NCBI GenBank assembly: GCA_002687815.1
Contig: NZBH01000008.1
Span: forward strand, 1 to 41,636
DNA length: 41,636 bases
From: an archaeon
GTDB lineage: Archaea > Nanobdellota > Nanobdellia > SCGC-AAA011-G17 > GCA-2687815
Reading direction: 5' to 3'
A program made the position numbers and the translations under genes. Positions 26,176 to 33,013 of this stretch are shown here, in pieces. Each line of letters starts with the position of its first letter. Within the stretch, counting starts at the first letter, position 1. A model generated the notes under the pieces. It was not told the DNA's origin. It saw nothing but the letters and a program-made list of their open reading frames with translations, and made no database searches.

Positions 26176-26225
26176 GGAAATCTCCTTTATTATGGATTAA
26201 TAATCAGTATATAATATACTAATTA

Positions 26226-29012
26226 TTAGCCCTCTAAAGCAATACCTTTATCAGACTTTGATAAAGAATTCAGACCAATAATAGGATCAATTTTTAGTTT
26301 AACTAATAATGTATCCTTAATTTCAATTTCCATTATACTATACAGATCTTTTACTGCGTCTTGCAACTCCGTCTCGGGAACTTCTAAAATATTTTCATCA
26401 TGAATTACTAAAAGAGGATATTTTATAGTATCTTGCCATTTAATATCAATATTAACAAGACTTTCTTTAATAATCTGAGCACCTAATCCCTGTATTAACA
26501 TATTTATTGCAGACAATACTTCTCCGCCTTTTTTTAAAACATGTCTTATTCGCCCATAATTATTTACCAATCTACCCTTAGTAATAATTTCATGTTTTTG
26601 CTTAGAAAACCATGTTTTTATCTTAGGATAGGCTCTATCAAAACCATCTAAATATTCTTGACATTTTTCTACAGAATCTTCAATTCCTTGAGATGCTAAT
26701 GTTTTTTGTAAACCTTCAGCTGAACCGCCATATAGTACTAAATAATTAACTGTCTTAGCCAGTTGTCTATATTTTACAGCCTTTTGTTTAGTAACACTAT
26801 TTAATGTGTACATTTGTTGCCATTGATCAGGAGTTATCTTTAAGATACTCGCTGCTGTAACAATATGCATATCTCCATTAGGATTACTAGAATCTGTTTC
26901 TTTTATTTTAAATACATTATATAAATTTGCATCACCAGATACAGCTGCTGCTAGATAAAGTTCCATACCAACATAATCTGCAGCAATAAACTTCATTCCA
27001 GGTCTTGGAATAAATAAACGTCGAATATCATATGCATAGTTTTTTGTTATTTTTGTACAATTATTACAAGTATATCTACTTAGACTTACATCTACAGTAT
27101 AATAAGAAGAATCTATAAAGAGATCTTTACAGTGCCAACACTCCTCAGGAACTGTTGGAATTTCTCTAGGAATATTTTGTAAATTTGGTCTATTTGATGA
27201 CATTCTACCTGAAGTAGTACCTATACTATTTAAATTTGCATGTATTACCCAATTCCCATCTTTATCCTTTTGTTTTAAAGTTTCAATAGCATCTATATAC
27301 GTACTTCGCATCTTTAAAACATGTTTATACTTAACAATTGCTTTAGTATAATTTGCTAATTTCTTAGAATTCCATTTTCCTGCAATTTCTTTATCTTTTG
27401 AATTCCATAATTTATACTGATTAGTTAATAATATTAAAGTTTTTTCTTGTGCATTGATTTCTTTATACTTTTCTGTAAAATATTCTAAAAACTCTTTTGA
27501 AAGAAGAGTCTTTAAAAAGGCTATCAGTTTAGTTCCAGAATTAAAATTAGTAACTGCAGTAGATATATTATATATTATTTCCTTTATTTCTTGTAAATCT
27601 TCTAAAGAACTTTTATCTAATTCTTTTAAATAACTATTATCTATACATATACCTTTGAGATGTGCATCTGCTAATATTTTTATTACTTTCAGCTCTATTG
27701 GATAAATATTATTCATTAACTTATTTTTTGTATAAAGTTTAGATTCTTTAAATACAATCTTTGCACTTTCATTAAATAAAATTAATGTATTTATTGCGTC
27801 ATCAGCCGCATAAGTTAATGCTTTCTTAGGAGAAACATACTCAAAAGTTTTTGCATTTGATCCTTTTATAACATCTTTAAATTCTTGCGGTTTTTCACCA
27901 AATTTAAAGAACATTTGATCTTTCAATCCATGTGCTGGATTTTCGTCTTCTAAGTAACACATTAAAAGTGAATCATGCGTCCATATATTATTTGCAGGAT
28001 CAAGTTTAAATATATCTAATCCATTTTTTTTAAGAACAGCATAATCATAATATAAATTATGAAATATTAATTGTACTGAATTCGAATTTGATAATTTTTC
28101 TAATACAGGCTTTACAATAGTTTCCCATTTTAATTGTTTAAATTTACGTTTAGATTGCTTATTACTATGGGCAATAGGAATATAATATCCTTTATCCTCC
28201 GTAGCAGCTAAAGAAATTCCAATAAGTTTAAAATCATCACCCCAAACTCTTAAAGAATTAGTTTCTGTATCCATAGCTATAAATTTAGAATCTTTAATAG
28301 CATTATACATATCATCTAATTGCTGTTCTGTTATAACAAGTTCGTAACTACGTTCAGCTATTACAGGAATAGTGGGTTGTTTTATTTGATCATAAATGGT
28401 AGTATGTTCATCTATAAATTTATTTAATCCTCTAAAATATGCACGTACTTGTGGTACAGCTCCAGTGCTCGTTTTTGCAGATAACGGATGTGTCATAAAA
28501 TAACACCATCTAGGTTTTCCTAATATAAATTCCTGAAAAGGAGCACCCATAGCATGATTTCGTCTAACGTTATTTTCTAATAAACTTTTAGAAGAATTTT
28601 TTCCTATAAAGATAATTAAAATAGGATCAATCATTCGAATTTCTTGTAGTAAATATCTAGAACAATTTTTAAATTCTTCAGTTTTTGCAGAAATTAAATC
28701 TAATTCATTAATTGACGTACATTTTACAGCACATGTAAACGTGCAATCTTTTTCAGATAAACCAGTATATCTATATAAATAATCTTCAAATACAGCTCCA
28801 AAAGCTCCAGAAAAGGGTTGTCCCCCTTTATGTTCTTCAGAATAAGGTTGATCAGTTATAACTAAGATACGTCCAGTACCTCTAGATGCTACAGGAAATA
28901 AATATTTTTTACGAAGAGCACTAGCATAATGACATAAATTACATGGTGTACTTTTTAACTTTGTTTGTTGATCAAGCATGTTTTTTATATTAGAAACTTG
29001 CAGATCATTCAT
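26226..29012 (-). CDS. polA: family A DNA polymerase with N-terminal UDG-family-4-like domain, 3'-5' exonuclease domain and a Cys4 insertion in the polymerase domain
   Basis: UDG-like ILVITDQPYSEEHKGGQPFSGAFG and THPLSA. Exo FIAMDTETNSL. Polymerase motifs SGRMSSNRPNLQNIP, FIAADYVGMELYLAA, RQLAKTVNYLVLYGG, VIHDENILEV. The UDG-PolA fusion is as in SPO1-type polymerases (from memory). Confidence 0.9.
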   Translation of the reverse strand: MNDLQVSNIKNMLDQQTKLKSTPCNLCHYASALRKKYLFPVASRGTGRILVITDQPYSEEHKGGQPFSGAFGAVFEDYLYRYTGLSEKDCTFTCAVKCTSINELDLISAKTEEFKNCSRYLLQEIRMIDPILIIFIGKNSSKSLLENNVRRNHAMGAPFQEFILGKPRWCYFMTHPLSAKTSTGAVPQVRAYFRGLNKFIDEHTTIYDQIKQPTIPVIAERSYELVITEQQLDDMYNAIKDSKFIAMDTETNSLRVWGDDFKLIGISLAATEDKGYYIPIAHSNKQSKRKFKQLKWETIVKPVLEKLSNSNSVQLIFHNLYYDYAVLKKNGLDIFKLDPANNIWTHDSLLMCYLEDENPAHGLKDQMFFKFGEKPQEFKDVIKGSNAKTFEYVSPKKALTYAADDAINTLILFNESAKIVFKESKLYTKNKLMNNIYPIELKVIKILADAHLKGICIDNSYLKELDKSSLEDLQEIKEIIYNISTAVTNFNSGTKLIAFLKTLLSKEFLEYFTEKYKEINAQEKTLILLTNQYKLWNSKDKEIAGKWNSKKLANYTKAIVKYKHVLKMRSTYIDAIETLKQKDKDGNWVIHANLNSIGTTSGRMSSNRPNLQNIPREIPTVPEECWHCKDLFIDSSYYTVDVSLSRYTCNNCTKITKNYAYDIRRLFIPRPGMKFIAADYVGMELYLAAAVSGDANLYNVFKIKETDSSNPNGDMHIVTAASILKITPDQWQQMYTLNSVTKQKAVKYRQLAKTVNYLVLYGGSAEGLQKTLASQGIEDSVEKCQEYLDGFDRAYPKIKTWFSKQKHEIITKGRLVNNYGRIRHVLKKGGEVLSAINMLIQGLGAQIIKESLVNIDIKWQDTIKYPLLVIHDENILEVPETELQDAVKDLYSIMEIEIKDTLLVKLKIDPIIGLNSLSKSDKGIALEG

Positions 29013-29037
29013 ATTAATTTTCCTTTTTTTTTATTTC

Positions 29038-29088
29038 AATCAATTACTAGTCCAGTATCGCCCCATGGATACTGGCTAGTGATTGATT
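29038..29088 (-). promoter_or_regulatory. long imperfect hairpin (about 21-bp stem, 8-nt loop) between thioredoxin and polA
   Basis: - strand: AATCAATCACTAGCCAGTATC-CATGGGGC-GATACTGGACTAGTAATTGATT, followed by GAAATAAAAAAAAAGG. There is no U-tract on the coding strand. It shares its flanks with the hairpin at 29911-29950. Confidence 0.6.
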
Positions 29089-29125
29089 TAATTAATTTTT
29101 ATTTTATAATAGAAAGAATTTTATT

Positions 29126-29506
29126 TTAAGATTCGGGTCTACTATTTAAAAGTTTTATTTCAATCATTTCTTTTAAATCTTCTTTAGATGGCGCTCCTGA
29201 ACTCATAAATGGTTCATCATTCATAGGAATAAATAATATTGTTGGAAGTCCTCTAATACCGAACATATTTGCTAAATTTAATTCATTTTCTGTATTAATT
29301 TTATAAATATCAACCTTGCCTTTATAATCTTTAGATACTTCTTCAAGAATAGGCTCTAAACTTTTACAAGGACTGCACCAAGTAGCATAAAAATCTACAA
29401 GTGCAGGTCGCTTACCCAAAAATTGTAACTCTTCATCATCCTTTAATAAGTTTTTTAAATTATATATATTTTTATTAAAGAAATCAGTTGTTATATCCTT
29501 TGCCAT
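29126..29506 (-). CDS. thioredoxin
   Basis: LVDFYATWCSPCKSLEPILEE (WCxxC) and GIRGLPTILF (cis-Pro loop). Confidence 0.9.
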   Translation of the reverse strand: MAKDITTDFFNKNIYNLKNLLKDDEELQFLGKRPALVDFYATWCSPCKSLEPILEEVSKDYKGKVDIYKINTENELNLANMFGIRGLPTILFIPMNDEPFMSSGAPSKEDLKEMIEIKLLNSRPES

Positions 29507-29531
29507 TTTACAATCCTATTTAATTATATAT

Positions 29532-29888
29532 TTATAAAGCATTATTTGCTTCATTCATTCTTACCATTGCATTACTCTTTATATCTTCTCTACAAGCTAA
29601 AATTAGCTTTGAAATTTCATTTAATCTATATGATGCATCTGGAGATATTGAAAATTGTTTTGATAACTTTAAGTTTTCAGAAACATTAGTAAATTTAATA
29701 TTAATCTCCATTATTAATGTAATTATACTATTAAAAGATGCATCAGATACTATCATATCATGAATTATTTCTAAATCTTTAATAACAGCATCTTTTAAAG
29801 ATTTTATATTATCATTTTGTGAAGTATATTTAAGAGGAGTATCTATTCTGTTTTTTGTTACTTTTGAAAATCTAGAATAATCTATCAT
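29532..29888 (-). CDS. hypothetical protein
   Basis: The track start at 29912 is a TTG lying inside the hairpin stem. The ATG at 29888 (MIDYSRF...) is preceded by AAGGGA. Confidence 0.55.
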   Translation of the reverse strand: MIDYSRFSKVTKNRIDTPLKYTSQNDNIKSLKDAVIKDLEIIHDMIVSDASFNSIITLIMEINIKFTNVSENLKLSKQFSISPDASYRLNEISKLILACREDIKSNAMVRMNEANNAL

Positions 29889-29910
29889 TTCTAATCCCTT
29901 TATAATATTC

Positions 29911-29950
29911 AATCAACCATTGTAAGAGCCACGCCTTACAATGGTTGATT
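29911..29950 (-). promoter_or_regulatory. perfect 16-bp hairpin with 8-nt loop
   Basis: - strand: AATCAACCATTGTAAG-GCGTGGCT-CTTACAATGGTTGATT, followed by GAATATTATAAAGGG (no U-tract). It has the same conserved flanks as 29038-29088. Confidence 0.6.
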
Positions 29951-29970
29951 TCATTAATTTAAAATATAAA

Positions 29971-30294
29971 TTATGATTCTTTACCAGACCATTTAGTCCA
30001 GCCTTTATTTGGTAACCAATTTCCCTCTTTATCTTTTCTTCGGGGAAATAAATTATTACCAACTTTAGTTTGTCCAAAGCCTAAGGCATGTCCAGAATCT
30101 CTATCATAAATTTCATAATATTTATTACTGTCAATTTCTCTGACTCGAAAAGCAATATTATTGCTTTCATTTACAGGACAAATACTTTCATTAAAGATTT
30201 CATCAAAAACAGCTAGCTGTTCAAATACTTCTTTTACATCACCCTCTGCCTCTAATGTTAATCGTTTATTTACTGATAAGTATTTTACTTTCAT
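29971..30294 (-). CDS. hypothetical protein
   Basis: 107 aa ORF with an ATG in the same-strand chain. No motif recognised. Confidence 0.6.
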   Translation of the reverse strand: MKVKYLSVNKRLTLEAEGDVKEVFEQLAVFDEIFNESICPVNESNNIAFRVREIDSNKYYEIYDRDSGHALGFGQTKVGNNLFPRRKDKEGNWLPNKGWTKWSGKES

Positions 30295-30306
30295 GTAACT
30301 CCTTTC

Positions 30307-30639
30307 TTATTGTATTATTTCTAACAACTTATCTAACTTAAGTATAGCATAAATATCTCCCCTATCTTCTCGTATCACTTGCATATCAACATTTTCAGAT
30401 GGTTTGAGAAATTTTGCTATATTTTTTCTTATTTTTGCTTGTACCTTATATGTTTGTAGCCAACCAGCCATAGCTGTTCCGTCTAACTCACTAAATATAA
30501 GGTCTACTTCTGCGTGCATACCTAAAGCTTCGCCATTCGAGCCCCAGGCTCGTTTAGCTTCTCTACCTGTTAGTTCTATATTCTGAACAAGTTCTCTTTC
30601 AAATCTATTACCTTTAGCTTTTGACTTATTTTGTGCCAT
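30307..30639 (-). CDS. small PD-(D/E)xK nuclease, Holliday-junction-resolvase (Hjc)-like
   Basis: KGNRFERELVQ...EVDLIF...KVQAK fits the G..fE..l / D / (E/Q)xK layout of Hjc-type resolvases. Confidence 0.55.
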   Translation of the reverse strand: MAQNKSKAKGNRFERELVQNIELTGREAKRAWGSNGEALGMHAEVDLIFSELDGTAMAGWLQTYKVQAKIRKNIAKFLKPSENVDMQVIREDRGDIYAILKLDKLLEIIQ

Positions 30640-30651
30640 TAATATGACTCC

Positions 30652-30789
30652 TTATGATGGTGGAGGAACAAGTTTATCCTTACCATGTTTTTTTATATAT
30701 TTTTTAATTTGTTTGGCAGTTCTGCCATACATTTTACACCAAGCTGCTTTTCGTTTTTTAATTTGTTTACGATCTTTAGATTTCTTCAT
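30652..30789 (-). CDS. small highly basic protein (45 aa), absent from the ORF track
   Basis: My translation: MKKSKDRKQIKKRKAAWCKMYGRTAKQIKKYIKKHGKDKLVPPPS. Its ATG overlaps the end of the upstream ORF. It fills an otherwise unexplained 135-nt gap. Confidence 0.4.
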   Translation of the reverse strand: MKKSKDRKQIKKRKAAWCKMYGRTAKQIKKYIKKHGKDKLVPPPS

Positions 30790-31009
30790 TAGAATTTTCC
30801 TTATCTATTATTATTTGATATATTTCAAGAAAATTACATTCTTCACACCAAATTGGTTTACATTTATGATTTCGATATTGAGCTTCATGTTCTTTACAAT
30901 ACTTTTTTGCCATTTTATTAAAGTGCTTATTAGTTTTTTTAAGCATTACTCTTTCATCTAATGAAGTTATATCCCTTCCACATTTAGAGCATATGTTCTT
31001 TTTCTTCAA
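30776..31009 (-). CDS. Cys-rich zinc-finger-like small protein (TTG start)
   Basis: CSKCG...CKEHE...HKCKPIWCEEC. The TTG start overlaps the recA-like stop (TTGA). Confidence 0.5.
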   Translation of the reverse strand: MKKKNICSKCGRDITSLDERVMLKKTNKHFNKMAKKYCKEHEAQYRNHKCKPIWCEECNFLEIYQIIIDKENSNEEI

Positions 31010-32265
31010 TCTATAGATATCCTATCAATTAATTCGTTAAGAAGGCCCATTTCTTGTAATTTTGCATAAATTGTTGCAGGTTTAGAACCTCTTAAACTAA
31101 TAGGTTCTTCATCAACATTTACATATGTAGTACTTGTACCTGTAGTAGTTAATGGACTGTCTTCTATAAGATTATTTAATGCCATTGTTACGTATTCAAA
31201 TCCTATATTAAAGCCTCTATCAAAGAAGAAATATGTTTCTAACATATCTCCTTCTCTAAGTCCTTTATATTTACTTTTAGCAACAGTTATCTTTAATTTA
31301 TAAGCTACAGATTCATTTCCAATTTCTAAAAATTGGCTAGTTGAACTATGCTTAATTCTAGATAATTTCATATATAATAAATCTGCATATTTTCTAGCAT
31401 TACCGCCACTCATTGATGAAAAAGCTATACTTCCACCAAGATTAGTTCTATGTTGTCCTATCAATATGAGAGTAGTATTATTACTTCTAAAATGAAATGA
31501 TACTCTGGGATACCATTTACTCATAGCCCTAGCCTTTAAAGCCATGGTATCATCATCTATATCTTTTTCTACACCTTTTTTAGTTTCTAAAGTTCCTCGA
31601 GGATTAGCAGCATCAAGAGAATCTATGATTACTAAATCTACAAGAGATTCCTTAGTAGCTCTTTCTATAAAATCTAAACCATCTTCTAAGGCTTCTCCTT
31701 CCCATAAATATAAATTATCTGTATCTACTCCAAGTTTTTGAGCCCATTTAGCATCTAAAACAGATTCATAATTAACAAATGCAACAACTTTACCTTGTCG
31801 TTGATATTGACCGGCCATCATAAGAGCAAAACTAGTCTTGCCTACTGAAGGTTCTCCGCTTATACTTATCTGTCCTCCAGATGGAAAACCACCTTGAGAC
31901 CAAGAGTCTAGTAAAGGAAATCCAGTCTGTTCCTGTTTAATAGTTAAAAATTCTTCTGGTAATTCAGATCCTTTACCTATAACTACTTTACTTCCCTTTT
32001 TTTCAGCTTTCTTTTTTGCTTTATTTACTAATGCATCTAAAGCTTCCATCTTTTCTTTTTTATCCATTGCTTTCCATCCTTTTATAGATTCTAATTGCCA
32101 AGGTTCTTTTCTTTTTATAAAGGCATCTATCCAAGGTGCCTTTTTTCTCATTCTTATTTTACAATTTTCTGTAGTTTTAGTTCGTGGAAAATTTCTAGTA
32201 CAGTTTAGATTGGTATCTAAATTGTACCATACACACTTTTCACACCTTTCTTTAATATAATTCAT
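31006..32265 (-). CDS. RecA-superfamily recombinase with N-terminal Cys-rich (zinc-ribbon-like) extension
   Basis: Walker A SGEPSVGKTSFAL, Walker B LVIIDSLDA, SGGNARKYADLLYMKLSRI (compare RecA GGNALKFYASVRLDIRR). The start is reset to ATG 32265 (MNYIKERCEKC) because the 60 aa upstream in the track lie over the tRNA and the tmRNA 3' end. Confidence 0.8.
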   Translation of the reverse strand: MNYIKERCEKCVWYNLDTNLNCTRNFPRTKTTENCKIRMRKKAPWIDAFIKRKEPWQLESIKGWKAMDKKEKMEALDALVNKAKKKAEKKGSKVVIGKGSELPEEFLTIKQEQTGFPLLDSWSQGGFPSGGQISISGEPSVGKTSFALMMAGQYQRQGKVVAFVNYESVLDAKWAQKLGVDTDNLYLWEGEALEDGLDFIERATKESLVDLVIIDSLDAANPRGTLETKKGVEKDIDDDTMALKARAMSKWYPRVSFHFRSNNTTLILIGQHRTNLGGSIAFSSMSGGNARKYADLLYMKLSRIKHSSTSQFLEIGNESVAYKLKITVAKSKYKGLREGDMLETYFFFDRGFNIGFEYVTMALNNLIEDSPLTTTGTSTTYVNVDEEPISLRGSKPATIYAKLQEMGLLNELIDRISID

Positions 32266-32274
32266 AATTATTGA

Positions 32275-32344
32275 AGCGGAGATAGGAATCGAACCTATTA
32301 CCTCTGGGATATGAACCCAGTATGCAACCATTACAATTCTCCGC
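32275..32344 (-). tRNA. tRNA with CAT anticodon (Met / fMet / Ile2-type)
   Basis: - strand: GCGGAGAATTGTAATGGTTGCATACTGGGTTCATATCCCAGAGGTAATAGGTTCGATTCCTATCTCCGCT. Acceptor GCGGAG/CTCCGC, anticodon arm CTGGG-TTCATAT-CCCAG, T arm ATAGG-TTCGATT-CCTAT. The D arm is compact and slightly non-canonical. No CCA is encoded. Confidence 0.7.
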
Positions 32345-32347
32345 AAT

Positions 32348-32666
32348 TGGTGGAGATGGGGGGAATCGAACCCCCGTCTTGACAGCAATGCTATAAAGTC
32401 ATTCACAAGTTTAGTTAGTTTCTTTCCTACTAACAAAGTCAACATTTCTTAATTCATTATTTAGCATCGCGATTAAGTATTGTTATTCCTACGATCGGTC
32501 TTCCGATTGGTAACACCGCCTGATCTTATATCGGAGTCAAAGGGCGATGACTAACTACGCGTAAGCGTAATTAGTGTTGTAGTTTGTATAATTGCCTATT
32601 AAACAATTGTACGAGTTTACTTGCACTTTATATCAAAAATCTACCAATCGAAACCATGGCATCCCC
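32348..32666 (-). ncRNA. ssrA: tmRNA (SsrA), full length, tag ORF (A)GNYTNYNTNYAYA
   Basis: - strand 5' GGGGATGCCATGGTTTCGATTGG ... GACGGGGGTTCGATTCCCCCCATCTCCACCA 3'. A 7-bp acceptor GGGGATG/CATCTCC includes G3:U. T arm GGGGG-TTCGATT-CCCCC, discriminator A, encoded CCA. Internal ORF: GGC AAT TAT ACA AAC TAC AAC ACT AAT TAC GCT TAC GCG TAG. Confidence 0.9.
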
Positions 32667-32677
32667 ATACTGAAAAC

Positions 32678-33013
32678 TTACATCTTATCTAAGATAATTT
32701 CCAATAAATTTTTAAATAAAGACATATCCATATGGATCATAACTTCTTTTTTATTATTTCTAGTAACAAATATAGGACTTAATCCTCTTCGTCCGATTTG
32801 TATTTTTGCCTTATTCCAATCTTTAGTCGGTACGGAATGAGAAGATACGTTTCTATCTTTACATTCAAACCCTAGCTGAACTGGAGAGTCCCCCTTATAT
32901 TTAGGGGAGAGATCTCCATCACCAAATACATTACCAGATCCTGGATTGAATTTAAGACCAAGCAGTTCTCCTAATTCGTCCATAACAATTTGTTCTAAAG
33001 CTTGTTTACTCAT
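32678..33013 (-). CDS. small PD-(D/E)xK-like nuclease
   Basis: 111 aa. GSGNVFGDGDL...QLGFECKDR fits a D...ExK catalytic layout. ATGA overlap with the upstream ORF. Confidence 0.5.
   Translation of the reverse strand: MSKQALEQIVMDELGELLGLKFNPGSGNVFGDGDLSPKYKGDSPVQLGFECKDRNVSSHSVPTKDWNKAKIQIGRRGLSPIFVTRNNKKEVMIHMDMSLFKNLLEIILDKM

Noticed and set aside
29038-29950. The two long hairpins as ordinary Rho-independent terminators of the - strand genes.
   Set aside because: Neither has a U-tract after the stem on the - strand, unlike the two clear terminators at 11501-11530 and 34676-34713. They are reported as an unexplained element family instead.
30644-30961. The + strand 105-aa ORF (F/I/L-rich).
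   Set aside because: It is low complexity and antisense to two well-packed - strand ORFs. This is a typical AT-rich antisense artefact.
32266-32445. The first 60 aa (MLTLLVGKKL...SASII) of the 479-aa track ORF for the recA-like gene.
   Set aside because: This stretch lies exactly over the tRNA(CAT) and the 3' T-arm/acceptor of the tmRNA. The peptide has no RecA-like features. An ATG at 32265 gives a sensible Cys-rich N-terminus.
32348-32666. tmRNA-like sequence as a mere attP fragment copying the host ssrA 3' end, as in ssrA-integrating prophages.
   Set aside because: Both halves of the acceptor stem, the 5' GGUUUCGA box and a complete tag ORF are present, so this is a whole gene. No integrase is seen in the window, although one elsewhere in the genome cannot be excluded.
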